Of a stretch of DNA of 64,000 nt, positions 44,626-56,011 are shown in pieces. Positions within the stretch are counted from its first letter, which is position 1. The number at the start of each line of letters is the position of its first letter. Under the pieces are notes generated by a model that was not told the DNA's origin, ran no database searches, and saw nothing but the letters and a program-made list of their open reading frames with translations. Source of the stretch: an uncultured Acidobacteriota bacterium (lineage in GTDB: Bacteria; Acidobacteriota; UBA6911); NCBI GenBank assembly GCA_963809485.1, contig CAWEJX010000012.1, positions 1 through 64,000 of the forward strand, in the 5' to 3' direction. The position numbers and the translations under genes are program-made.

Positions 44626-46326
44626 GTGTCCAAATCGAATTCGGGAAACACCACCAGACTCAATCGTCGCGAGGCGCTGCTGCTGTCGGCTACGGCAGGC
44701 GTGGCCGTGCTGGCTCAAACAGCGTGCAGCTCGGGCGGCAGCAGGAACGCGCAAACGCCCCAGGCGCCGGCAGCGAGCTGCAGCACGCCACGGACAGCCG
44801 TTGCAAACACGCAATACGGAAAGGTGCGCGGCTATGTCGAGGATGGCGTCCTGACATTCAAAGGCGTTCCGTATGGCGCGAACACGGGGGGCGAGAACCG
44901 TTGGCTTCCGGCAAAACCTCCCACGCCGTGGGAGGGCGAGTATCCCGCCCTGACCTATGGGGCCAATTGCCCGCAGCGCCTGCATGACTGGTCGAGTGAG
45001 CAGACGTTCCTTCAGCAGTGGACCGATGGTTGGCAGAGCGAGGACATGCTCAAAGTTAACATCTGGACGCCCAGCCTGACCGGCAAACGCCCGGTGATGT
45101 TTTACATTCATGGCGGCGGCTTCTCCTTCGGCTCGGCCTACGAACTCGCCTCGCAGGACGGAGCGCAAATGGCCCGGCATCACGACGTCGTGTCCGTGAC
45201 GGTCAATCACCGTCTCAATATCCTCGGATTCTTCGATGTATCCTCGATCGGCGGGCCGGCCTATGCCGATTCGGTGAACGTCGGGATGACCGACCTGGTA
45301 GCGGCGCTTCGCTGGGTTCGGGACAACATCGCCAATTTCGGTGGCGATCCGGGACTGCGTCATGATTTACGGCCAATCGGGCGGCGGATCCAAGGTGACC
45401 ACACTGCTGGGGATGCCCTCGGCAGCGGGACTGATCCATCGCGCGTCGGCGCAATCAGGAGGCGGCGGCAATCCTCCCAGCGGCGAGCAGTCCATGGAGT
45501 TCGCTAAACGCGTTTTCGCTGAGCTCGGCGTCAAGGACATCCCAGCGCTCCAAAAGATGGAATGGGCCAGGTTGAATGCGATCGGCGATGCCGTCGCGGC
45601 CAAGATGAATCCGCCGATGGGCGTGTGGGGCCCGATCCCGCCGCCGGGCACCGAGAAACCTCGCGTGGGTTGGGGACCGACCGTCGATGGCCGCATCATT
45701 ACCATGCGGCCCTTCTTCGATGTTGCTCCTGACGATTTCGAAGAACGTGCCGATGCTGATCGGCTCGGTGAGCGAAGAGGGGAATTCCATGCGTTCCCGG
45801 CCAACGGAGGCGGAGTGGATGGCCACCCTTGCGAAGAGCTACGGCGAGGCCAAAGCTGCGGCGCTGGTCGCGGCGCTGAAGAAGGCACATCCGGAGAAGA
45901 GCATTCGTACGCTGTCCTATATGTGCAGTGGCGGCGGCTTAAACAGTCTCAACATACGCAATCACGTCACGCGCATGGCCACAATGAAATGCAGCCAAAA
46001 TGGCGCGCCGGTGTTCACGTGGTATTTTAGCTGGCAATCGCCGATGCTGGAAGATGCGGGCGCGTGGCATACGGCAGAGCTTGCCTTCTGCTTCGACAAC
46101 ACGAAGCGCTGCGAACAGGGGACGGGCAACGGCCCGGAAGCGCAGGCACTGGCCAGGAAAATGGCCACCGCCTGGGCCAATTTCGCCCGCACGGGCAATC
46201 CCAGCCAGCCCGGGTTGACCTGGGAGCCGTTCGATCCGACGCGGTGCCAGACCATGGTGTTCGACAACAACTGTCGCATGGTCGATGATCCGGAAGGCTG
46301 AAGTGCGCAAGATCCTTCTGGCTTAG
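44626..46326 (+). CDS. Tat-exported lipoprotein type-B carboxylesterase (about three frameshifts)
   Basis: LNRREAL twin-Arg, TAC lipobox-like, SEDMLKVNIW, HGGGF, GQSGGG, WHTAEL, WANFARTGNP. Confidence 0.87.
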
Positions 46327-46386
46327 TTGCAGCAAGGATGCCACGAATTTCACGAACGCGATTCGTGAAATTCGTGGCTTTTACCC

Positions 46387-48106
46387 TCAATACCTCTCGT
46401 AATTCGGTTTGAGATCCTTGTACTTCGCCACCAGCTTGTCCCAATTCTTCGGCAACTCGATCTTTTTGGTGACAAGCGCGTTCTCGAAAAATCCCGGTCC
46501 CGCACTCCTCAGCAGCGCTATAAACGAGCCCGGCCCGCCGGCAACCAGAATCATGAGGCTTTTGTCGAGGTCCATTTTCGGTGGACTGGCGGCATTCGTA
46601 AGACCGACACTCGATCTGCCGGGGGTGCCGTGTGCCGCCAGGTATTCTCTGACTTTCTGCTTCGTGTATCCTTCACTCGACAATACCTTGGCCCAGGAAG
46701 GTATAAGAATCAGACTGGACATGGTGCTGCTAACCATGCCCGAAAGCGTATCCAGAATCCCCTTTGCGTCCGTCCCGCCCGGGACCGTCTGTATGAATGT
46801 GTTGGGGAAAAACACGGTGACGGTGCTGTCCTCCTTTTGTGAAGCCCCGCTCGACGCTGAGAGGCTCCCAGGGGCTCGCCTCCTCATCCTCCCCGATCAC
46901 CAGGCTGTACTTGCCCGGGTTGCCGATCACCCCCATGTCCTCGATGGCCTTCCTTGCCCCGCCGATGTTCTTGACGATCAGCCCGACGGCCCGGCCGATG
47001 GCGGCATTCGCGATATTTCCCGGACTCAAGGCGCCTGAGCTGCAGTTGACGTGGATGTCGTTTCTTATCCGACCGTTGATGGCAAGAAAAGGCGCCCACG
47101 AACCCGTGCTCACCTCAAAGGTATCAAACCTGGTTTTCGGATCGGCCAAAGCCTGCACCGTGGCGATCAGAACCGGCATGTAGGTGGGAAGCGCACCGGC
47201 CATCACCGCATTAATCGCGATCTTTTCGATCGTGGCCTTTCCTTTTCTCGGGATGATCGTGGCCACAATATGGTCCGGCGGCAGATCCGTCCCCGTCATC
47301 ATCTCCGCCACGACCTCCTCGGTCGGCGGTATGATCGGCAGACCGTCGGTCCATCCCTTGCTGTAGTAGAACCGGTTTACCTCCTGCAGGCTTCCTTTAA
47401 ATGCCACTCTCGGGGTCTTGCCCGTTTGCTGCTTCGGAGATTTCTCCTCGGCAGTCAGCGGGCTCGTTAAGGCCTCGACCACATCCTTCATGGCCGCCGC
47501 GACACCCTCTTCAATTTCCGCCTTGACGGTGGATTCACATGCCACCGATTCCCCAACGACTCTGATTCCGGGCATTCCCTTGCTCGATGCTGCCGATTGA
47601 GCATCGGTAACAAATCCATGATTAGCCAGTAGCACGACCGGCTTGCCAAAGTCCTCGATCGCTATCCCGTTGTAGGCGAGGTACTTTGTGCAGGACCCTC
47701 AATCACCGACTACGGCAATGGCCGCGTCTATCCCTTTGGCCCAGGCCGTGAACTTTTCCTTGTTCTTCGTCTCCATCTCATTGACGTTCGCCTGGGTGGA
47801 ATGGAATTTGATTATCTGAATATCGGGGTACATGGCCTTCAATCGTCTCTCGATTGATTCCGCCATCGGCATTGCCGCCCGCTTGGGATTGACGAATAAT
47901 CCGATTTTCTTTCCCGCCAGGGTCTGAATCCTCGGGGAAATCCCCCGGAGCGGGATCGGATCAGCGTCCGCCCAGGGACTGAGAACTTCAAATTGAGTGG
48001 CTGGCGACTTGGTTTTGGAACTCGCCGCCCCTTGGGCCCTGGATACATCCTGGACCGTCAGTACGGCTAGCATCCCTATGGAAAGCGCCGATAATATTCT
48101 ACGCAT
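46387..48106 (-). CDS. Exported UGSC-family selenoprotein (Sec at TGA 47699-47701; frameshift ~46835)
   Basis: AVVGD-TGA-GSCTKYLAYNGIAIEDFGKPVVLL is continuous in frame into 46730..47635 (GWTDGLPIIPPT, AINAVMAG, ANAAIGRA, GNPGKY); signal peptide. Confidence 0.85.
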
Positions 48107-48225
48107 GGCAGACTCCTTCTCCTTTCAAAATGGCTCGGTGCCATCGCGATTATATCCGTAAAACACACAAAAGGCACGCTACACTGGATTCGCGTGGTCG
48201 GAGGAGTGCAATCACCTAAAATTGA

Positions 48226-49794
48226 CTATTGCCCGCCGCTTTTCTTCACCTGTTCTCCAAGCCAGGATATGTAGGCGTCGAATACTTTTACCTTATCCAG
48301 GTCAGGCAAAGGTCTTGCGCCGGGAGTTGCGTCGAACACCATCACCTTGGGATCGCTCTCTGCAAAGGCCGGCCATTTGGGAAGATCAGGGCCGTTCGGG
48401 TCGCCGTTTTTGGCGAAGTTGATCCAATAGGAGCTGATCCTGTCGGATAGTTTCAGGTCTTCCGGTTTGGGCGCCTCTTGCCGTCCGCCAAGGGTCTGGA
48501 ATGCATACGGCACATCGCTGCCATGCCCGGAACCGACATCCGGCGAAGTGTGGACGTAATCGAAGAGGTATTCGAATGCTTTGCCCTTCCCTTTCCGGGA
48601 CTGCAGACGAGCCCAGGTCCAGGTGTTCCAGGCGGACGAGCTCTGTCTGACTGCTCTTGACGCCTTCGCAGCCTCGGCATCCGTTGAGTGAGGATACGCG
48701 CTCAAAATGGCATCGGCCTGAGGGCCGTATTGCGACCTTATCTGTTTCTCGAATGCCTCCGGCGTGATATTGCCACGCCCGCCCATGGTTGCCGCTTCCT
48801 CCGATGTGTTGCCGAGTAAAATGGGCGTGTCGTTAAAACGTCCTGCCTGATATAAAGAATAGAGGTCGCTCGGGACGATATACCCGTCGGCCGCTGGCCG
48901 GAATCCGCCGCCTCCCATTCCGCCCTCCAGGCCTTTCTGGATCTCCTCTGCGCTCATCGCCCGGGCCGCCTTGATATCCGCCGCTCCCAGCTTTTTCAGA
49001 AATTCTTCGCCTCTCGACTCCGCCAGCTTGAGTGCCGGGACTCCCATGCCTGCGCCCGCCTGATTTGAAGTCTGCAGCGGGGCAAACGATCCTCCGCTCA
49101 TGCAGATGGCTCGGTGGAAAAGACCTTTTGTGATCGGGGAAGCCGCCAGCATGCTGACCGCCCCGCCGCCGGCCGAGTGGCCGAAGATCGTGACGTTGGA
49201 AGAGTCGCCTCCAAACCTGGCAACATTCTCTTTTACCCATTTCAAGCCCGCAATCATGTCCTCCAGCCCATAGGTCCCCGACCCCTTGCCGCTTTCACGG
49301 CTGAGTTCCGGGTGCGCGAGGAATCCGAAAGGGCCGACACGATACGCGACGCTGACAAACACTACTCCCTTTTTGGCGAAACCCGTTCCATCATATATGG
49401 GGATGCTGGTGGAGCCGCCGCTAAAGCCTCCTCCATAAATCCAGAAGATGACCGGAAGTTTTTCGCCCGGCCTTTTTGCGGGTGTCCAAACATTCAGGTA
49501 CAGGCAGTCTTCGCCGACCGGCGCGGTATTCCCCATTGAGTTGGCGGCCTGCATGCAGGCGAGCCCATAAGCGTCCGCCTTCCTGATGCCTGTCCAGGCT
49601 TGCACCGGCGCGGGCGCCTTCCATCGCAACTCTCCCACCGGTGGCGCCGCAAATGGAATCCCCTTGAATATCGAAATGCCTTCGGCAACAACACCCTGCA
49701 CTTCGCCTCCGGTCACCTTAGCCGTTTGAATCTGCGAAAATGCGGTCTGGGCAAAAGCACTTGTCAGGAAAGCAACGAATAAAACCTTTTTCAT
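48226..49794 (-). CDS. Secreted type-B carboxylesterase
   Basis: Signal peptide, EDCLYLNVW, GHSAGG, GHGSDV, YWINFAKNGDPNG. Confidence 0.93.
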   Translation of the reverse strand: MKKVLFVAFLTSAFAQTAFSQIQTAKVTGGEVQGVVAEGISIFKGIPFAAPPVGELRWKAPAPVQAWTGIRKADAYGLACMQAANSMGNTAPVGEDCLYLNVWTPAKRPGEKLPVIFWIYGGGFSGGSTSIPIYDGTGFAKKGVVFVSVAYRVGPFGFLAHPELSRESGKGSGTYGLEDMIAGLKWVKENVARFGGDSSNVTIFGHSAGGGAVSMLAASPITKGLFHRAICMSGGSFAPLQTSNQAGAGMGVPALKLAESRGEEFLKKLGAADIKAARAMSAEEIQKGLEGGMGGGGFRPAADGYIVPSDLYSLYQAGRFNDTPILLGNTSEEAATMGGRGNITPEAFEKQIRSQYGPQADAILSAYPHSTDAEAAKASRAVRQSSSAWNTWTWARLQSRKGKGKAFEYLFDYVHTSPDVGSGHGSDVPYAFQTLGGRQEAPKPEDLKLSDRISSYWINFAKNGDPNGPDLPKWPAFAESDPKVMVFDATPGARPLPDLDKVKVFDAYISWLGEQVKKSGGQ

Positions 49795-49931
49795 TTCCAC
49801 CTCCCACCGGAGCACTGATGCTGTCCGATTAAGGCCGAACTAGTCAACAGAGGCAAAACGATTGCATACGGCTTGAGCCCCAATTTGAATCTTTCCGCTC
49901 ATTCCGAATTTCCGTTTAATCTCAATGCGGA

Positions 49932-51716
49932 TCATCGCGTTTCTATAATCGGCAACGTAACATAGGACCTGTGGCTTGAATCGCGATATATCGCAACCTT
50001 CGGCGCGGGATCGAGCTTAGGCGTTGCCCGGTCTGCGAAATTCACCACCAGCCGTATGCGATGGCCGGCCTTAAAAATCATCGATATAGGCAATATATCA
50101 AATTGAAGCTCGGCCGGTTGACCGGGCACCAGCGGGGTCACGTCTTTCTGATAGAAGCCATGCCAGGGCAGCCCGAGATTGTTGTAGGGCGCATCTTGCA
50201 GCTTTCTCAATGAGGCTCGAAGCCGCCCATGAACGTTATACGATGCAGCCGTACCGTCCGGCCCGACATCCTGAATGGTCGCAACGAAGTCTCCATCCGC
50301 TGCGGTTGAGGATATCCACAGGTTGATGGCAGGATGGCCGGTGATCTGAAGGTCCGCGCTGAGCGGAGCCGTCTCGTATACGAGGCCTTTGGTCGTCATG
50401 GTATCGGGCGTAAGATCGTACGCGACCGTGGTTTCGTCTTTTTGATCAACTCCCGTCGGCTCCGCAGTGCTCAGCGAACCCTTTCCCAGGTAGTATTGGA
50501 TCCTTTTTTCATCGGGCAAAGGCCACTGCCTGGCCGATCGCCATTCAGAGCCGGCCGGCGCATTATAGGTATAGTAATATACCCGATCTTCATCCATGAC
50601 GCTGTTGTCGATGCCCTTGAGCCAATAGTCGAAGAAACGGCGTTCTTCAACGGTGATGTCGAATCCGGTCTGGCTCTGGACGGCGAGCCAGCCGCAGTGT
50701 CCGGCGGGGCCCACGATCAGTTTTGCAGGGTTGGCTATGTTGTTGAAGGTAAAGAAGGCGCCGTGCTTGGTGGTCCCTTCGTCCCAGTTGGCGGCCAGAT
50801 ACATAGCGATTTTGGAGGCGTTGATCTTTTCCAAATAAGTATGGGGGCTGCTTTTGATCCACCACGGCTGGGAACCTGGATCCGTGATCGCGTCGGCAAT
50901 GCTGTCGCGGTATGGCGCGCTTCCCACATTTTCAACCGTGCCCGCGTGCTCCGCAATGGCTTCATTCAACTGGGACCTATCGGTGTCGGCGTCCACCGGC
51001 GCCGCCGCCGCATCGCGAGCTTCCTGGGCCGACTGCGCTCCGGTCCGGCCCTTGGCAGGAGCACCCTGGGTCGATTCTATGCCGCCGGGAACGCGAAATG
51101 GATAGGCGTCGAATTCGCAACTCATAGGGAATATCGCCTTTAAATGCGGTGGAGCAGTGGTCGCCGCCTGCAGCTGACTTCCGCCAGTGGCCGAACAGCC
51201 CCACATGCCGATATTGCCATTGCTCCATGGCTGCCTGGCAAGCCATTCGGTGATATCGTACGCGTCCCGGCGCGCAGCAGTGATCCATTCGCCGCGGTTA
51301 AACGCCACGTTATGTCCGTAAGAAGCATAGAGGCCGCGGAAGTCTACGGTGGCGACCACGTACCCGAATTTCACCAGCTTCCCTGCTGTCCCCGGATAGC
51401 CTTCGACCGTCAGCTCCTTATTATTACTATATCTGCGATTATAGGGAGTATGCATCCACAGGACAGGAAGCGGAGTGGTAATTACATTTCCGGTGGTTTT
51501 ATCCTTGGGACGATATAGATCCATGGCGAGCCTGGTACCATCGCTCACCTGGACATACTGAGACGTAATCTCGTATTTGTCGTCGTAAATCGCGTCGCCA
51601 TAGCCGGCATATTCGCCCGGTCTGGAGATGCGATTAGCCTTGGATGAGTCATTGCTCCCGCATGAGAGTGCAAAAGCACAGATAACCAGGATCGCCAACA
51701 AAGCATTTCGTTTCAT
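49932..51716 (-). CDS. CocE/NonD family hydrolase, lipoprotein
   Basis: ALSC lipobox, DGTRLAMDLYRP, TPY, DFRGLYASYG, WGCSATG, C-terminal PepX_C-like domain. Confidence 0.9.
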   Translation of the reverse strand: MKRNALLAILVICAFALSCGSNDSSKANRISRPGEYAGYGDAIYDDKYEITSQYVQVSDGTRLAMDLYRPKDKTTGNVITTPLPVLWMHTPYNRRYSNNKELTVEGYPGTAGKLVKFGYVVATVDFRGLYASYGHNVAFNRGEWITAARRDAYDITEWLARQPWSNGNIGMWGCSATGGSQLQAATTAPPHLKAIFPMSCEFDAYPFRVPGGIESTQGAPAKGRTGAQSAQEARDAAAAPVDADTDRSQLNEAIAEHAGTVENVGSAPYRDSIADAITDPGSQPWWIKSSPHTYLEKINASKIAMYLAANWDEGTTKHGAFFTFNNIANPAKLIVGPAGHCGWLAVQSQTGFDITVEERRFFDYWLKGIDNSVMDEDRVYYYTYNAPAGSEWRSARQWPLPDEKRIQYYLGKGSLSTAEPTGVDQKDETTVAYDLTPDTMTTKGLVYETAPLSADLQITGHPAINLWISSTAADGDFVATIQDVGPDGTAASYNVHGRLRASLRKLQDAPYNNLGLPWHGFYQKDVTPLVPGQPAELQFDILPISMIFKAGHRIRLVVNFADRATPKLDPAPKVAIYRDSSHRSYVTLPIIETR

Positions 51717-52034
51717 TGTGCTGCTCCTTTTTGCGGATAAAACGAGGGCGCCTGGGCCGATTACTAATCCCACCACACTCATTGCGTGTCGAAGGAATAT
51801 GACGTGATACCTGCACTCCTATTACCGGACCAGGCACGAACGGAGAACTCCAGGATGTTTTGCTTTTCCAATAATTCGCGCTATTTAAAACCTGTGGCAT
51901 GCGGGATCATCGAGGATCGAGCTGTCATCGCGTTCGCTCCTTCATCGAATTTTCCCACGCCCTTTTTAGCCGTCCGGGATTTGATTCCGCTGATTGAGAT
52001 TACGGGCTCCACTCAGATGCTACCAGGATAGCAT

Positions 52035-52064
52035 GAAATTTGTCACATGTTTGTGACAAATTTC
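52035..52064. promoter_or_regulatory. Perfect 13-bp inverted repeat in a divergent promoter region (candidate operator)
   Basis: GAAATTTGTCACA-TGTT-TGTGACAAATTTC. Confidence 0.7.
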
Positions 52065-52204
52065 GTGTTAGAGTCTAGGTACCAGGAATACTCTGAGCGT
52101 ATACGGCTGAACGACTAGGCTACCTGATGGCGTCCAGCTCCATTGCCATACACAGGCGACCTATTCAAGCAGAAGCAAGCTGACAGTCAAGGGAGGCAAC
52201 CTCA

Positions 52205-53827
52205 ATGAAGAGAGCTTTTCTGATCGCAATATTCGCAATTCTTGCAGCCGGGTTCTGCTTCGCGCAGGCGCCCGCGCCGGTCAAGGTCCAAGGCGGATTG
52301 GTGCAGGGGGCCGTCGAGGACGGGTTGACGGTTTACCGAGGCATCCCGTTCGCGGCGCCGCCGGTCGGCGACCTCCGTTGGCGAGCCCCTCAGCCGGTTA
52401 TGAAATGGGATGGCGTGAAGGAAACCGTCAAGTTCGCTCCTGCATGCATCCAGGGCATGATGATGGGACCCGCAGGCAGCGGCCCAGCGCCGAGCGAGGA
52501 CTGCCTGTATTTGAACATCTGGACTCCGGCGAAATCGCCGCGCGATCGCGTCCCCGTGTTTGTTTGGATCTATGGTGGCGGATTTGCGGGCGGAGCGACG
52601 TCCATTCCCACCTTCAGCGGGGAGAAGCTCGCCAAAAAGGGAGTGGTGCTGGTGAGCATTGCCTATCGCGTGGGGCAAATGGGATTCTTCGTGCATCCGG
52701 AATTGAGCGCCGAGACCAGGAACCGCGTATCGGGGAACTATGGCCTGCTGGACATGATCGCCGGTCTCCAGTGGATCCGGAAAAATATTGCCGCATTCGG
52801 CGGCGACCCCCGTAAGGTAACCATCTTCGGAGAGTCGGCCGGGGGAATCGCGGTCAGCATGTTGTGCGCGTCGCCGCTGGCCAAAGGATTGTTTCACGGC
52901 GCGATTTCGCAGAGCGGCGGATCGTTCGGCCCCCCGAGGCCTGCAACCATGCCCGGGGAGAACATGAGACGGCTGGCCGACGCGGAGCGCTCGGGCGAAG
53001 CAATCCTCAAAACGGCCGGCGTGGCATCCATTGCGGAGGCGCGCAAGCTCCCTCCCGATAAGCTTTCCGGCGGTGGCGGCCCTGGTCAAGGCGGGCGCGG
53101 TCAGGCTGCTCGTAGCGGTGGCGGCCCGCCCGGCACGAGCTATTGGCCCATTATCGACGGCTGGGTGATTCCGGACGATCAGTACAAGCTCTATGAATCG
53201 AAGCGGTACAACGACGTTCCGGTTCTGATTGGCTACAATTCCGATGAGGGCTTGAGCTTTTCTCCTGCGAAGACCGCGGAAGATTACATTGCCAGTGTGA
53301 AGTCGCGCTTCGGCCCGTTCGCCGACAAACTCATCGAGGCCTATCCTCCAGGAGCAGGAACTCCGGCCAAGACCGCGCGCGACCTGATGCGCGATGCAGC
53401 ATTCGGATGGCACACCTGGATTTGGGCGCGGTTGCAGTCGAAGACGGGCAAATCCAAGGTGTTTTACTATTATTTTGACCAGCACCCGGATTATCCGGCC
53501 GATTCGCCGCAGGCCGGGCGAGGATCGCCGCACGGTCAGGAAGTGGCTTACGTGTTCCAGCACCTGAACCCGGATCAGAAGCCCACAAAGTCGGACGAGG
53601 CGATTTCGGAGGCCATGGCCACCTACTGGACGAACTTCGCCAAATTCGGGGACCCCAACGGCCCGGGACTCCCCAAGTGGCCGGCATTCAGCGACGCCAA
53701 CCCCCTGCTGATGTACTTCGCCCAGACGCCTCACATCGGGCCGGTTCCCAGCGTCGATGCGCTCAAGGTTATGGATCAGTATTTCGCCTGGCGACGGACT
53801 CCGGAAGGGGAATCTTTTGTTAAATAA
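52205..53827 (+). CDS. Secreted type-B carboxylesterase
   Basis: Signal peptide, SEDCLYLNIW, GESAGG, NSDEG, PHGQE. Confidence 0.93.
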   Translation: MKRAFLIAIFAILAAGFCFAQAPAPVKVQGGLVQGAVEDGLTVYRGIPFAAPPVGDLRWRAPQPVMKWDGVKETVKFAPACIQGMMMGPAGSGPAPSEDCLYLNIWTPAKSPRDRVPVFVWIYGGGFAGGATSIPTFSGEKLAKKGVVLVSIAYRVGQMGFFVHPELSAETRNRVSGNYGLLDMIAGLQWIRKNIAAFGGDPRKVTIFGESAGGIAVSMLCASPLAKGLFHGAISQSGGSFGPPRPATMPGENMRRLADAERSGEAILKTAGVASIAEARKLPPDKLSGGGGPGQGGRGQAARSGGGPPGTSYWPIIDGWVIPDDQYKLYESKRYNDVPVLIGYNSDEGLSFSPAKTAEDYIASVKSRFGPFADKLIEAYPPGAGTPAKTARDLMRDAAFGWHTWIWARLQSKTGKSKVFYYYFDQHPDYPADSPQAGRGSPHGQEVAYVFQHLNPDQKPTKSDEAISEAMATYWTNFAKFGDPNGPGLPKWPAFSDANPLLMYFAQTPHIGPVPSVDALKVMDQYFAWRRTPEGESFVK

Positions 53828-53944
53828 GTTATACATCTATTTGCAGCCTGGGGCACTGAGGGCCCGGGGGCGCCGCCGATCACGTATTCCGGTGTGCGAT
53901 TGAGAGTTGTTCTTGTCTGAAATGAATTTGGTGAGAGGCATGCC

Positions 53945-55580
53945 TTGAGCAGAAATTCAAATAGAAAATCGGTAACCACATCTCGCCCCCGCGGCACTGA
54001 ATCCGCAATTCGAACTGACTCCAAACCCGGGCAGAAAACCTTGCCGTCCGGAGGCAACGAGGCAATTTTAACTAAGATCGGATATTTGCCTCCTTTAAGT
54101 CCGCCGCCTATGCGGAAAAGAAAAGATAGGGTTCCGGATAGGACATTTAATTTTGAAATACCGCCTGATCCAATTCCATCCGGCGATATTAAGAAAAACA
54201 TGAACGCCGAAGTGGTGGTAGTGGGCGCTGGGATAGCAGGGTTGAGTGCTGCTATTTCTGCAGCAGAGGAAGGAGCCAAGACCATCTTATTGGAAAAGAC
54301 GGCGACCGTTCAGGCCCGCGGCCACGATAACGCCTTTATCGGCAGCCGGCTTCATGAAAAGCTGGGAATTAAGATTAATAAAGACGAAATTATACTCAAC
54401 CTGATGAAATATGGAGCCAATAAGCCCGACCAAAGATTAATCAGAATGTGGGCGGAAGGAAGCGGCAAAACTGCGGACTGGCTCATGGATATGACAGATG
54501 CGGCCGGTCTTGAGGTATTTATAAACCACTATCCCCCGCCGCCGGCTTTCAATAATGCCAAGGAATACTATCCTCAATACCCGGTTACTCACCATTACCG
54601 CAATGAACGCCCCGTGGCAAAATGTTTACTGGATAATGCCTTGAAGAAAGGTGTTGTCACTTATTTTAAAACCCGCGCAAAACAGCTTCTGAGAAAAAAG
54701 AACGACCGGGTTACCGGCGTTATTGCTCAAAATGCGGATGGAGAATATCCTGCAATTCAATGCCGCTAAAGCCGTTATACTCTGCACGGGAGATTACAGC
54801 AACAACGCTGAAATGATGGCCAAATACTGCCCTCAGTCCTCATATCTCGAATCCATGATACCTACTTCTACCGGAGACGGGCATAGGATGGCAATGTGGA
54901 TTGGTGCTGTAATGGAGCCCGGACCGCATATACCAATGATACACGGCCCCGCCGGTCCACTTCTTAGTTCGGCCTTCCTGCAAGTAAATCTCATGGGAGA
55001 ACGCTTTCAAAATGAAGATGTGCCCATTCAAAGCAATGTAAATGCCGTCGAGCGACAGCCTGGCAAGGTAGCCTGGCAGGTATTTGACTCGAAGTATCCG
55101 GAGGAACTTCCGTATCATGGGATAGGCCTCGGGAAAATTATTATTGCCACTGAAAAAATCCGGCAAAAAGTGGCCAAAGCAGCAATAATGGCCGACTCTA
55201 TCGAAGAACTGGCAGTGAAGATGAAAATGCCTGTTGAAGCCTTTAAGGCTACCGTAAGGAGATACAACAAACTGGCACACATGGGGAGAGACCTGGACTT
55301 TGGCAAGCGGCCGGATCGATTGTTTCCCATTGATAGGCCACCCTACTATGCTGGCAAAAGCGGTTACTCTTTACTGGCTGTTTTGGGTGGTCTGAATATC
55401 AATTGGAAATTGCAGCCTCTGGATAAGGATTGGAAAGTCATTCCGGGAATCTATCTTGCAGGAAATACAATGGGCAACCGTTTTGCCGTAGATTACCCAA
55501 CGATGTGTCCCGGGCTTAGCCATGGAATGGCGATACACTTTGGCCGCATTGCCGGTTTGAATGCAGCTTCGCAAAAATGA
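53945..55580 (+). CDS. FAD-dependent oxidoreductase of the flavocytochrome c/fumarate reductase-like family (frameshift ~54750; start uncertain)
   Basis: VVVVGAGIAG, LCTGDY, STGDG, GERFQNE, DLDFGK, LGGL, IPGIYLAGN, FGRIAG. Confidence 0.85.
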
Positions 55581-55736
55581 CCTAAACCGTAATATAGCAA
55601 AGATCCTCAAGTTGATTTCCGATTTGAAAAGCATCGTACGGAAACCACTTCATCGAAGATTCGATAGCCCTTTCAAAGCCCATTGCTAAAAAATACCAAA
55701 GAAGAGAACATTACGCGACGCAGAGGCTTTGTCAGG

Positions 55737-55915
55737 TATCTCCGGCAAAGCTGGAGGCTTGAAAGATTTGAACCGCTCAAAGCGGTTGGACTAGTTACGC
55801 TGGTCTTGAACGCTGACTTACGCGGGCAAAAGCCGATGAGGCGCTTCCGATCCCCGCAGAAAACTTCCTCGGAAGCGCCTCATCGGCTTTTGCTCGCCGA
55901 CCCTCGCCGAACAAA
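55737..55915. repeat. Partial IS200-end-derived miniature element, copy 1
   Basis: ctccggcaaagc..gaggcttgaaagatttgaaccgctcaaagcgg... near-identical to 59557-59690. Confidence 0.75.
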
Positions 55916-56011
55916 AATGTGATTAAACTCGCCGCCAGCCTGAAAGCGGCTCCCGGGACTGCGGCCTTCATACGTCGGATTCCCCGCTAGGACTCGTATA
56001 TTTCAATATTT

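Noticed and set aside
52202-53836. 544-aa minus-strand ORF and other long antisense ORFs (78..992, 5019..5876, 15771..16793, 50334..51143)
   Set aside because: Shadows of well-supported genes on the opposite strand in GC-rich DNA; no motifs
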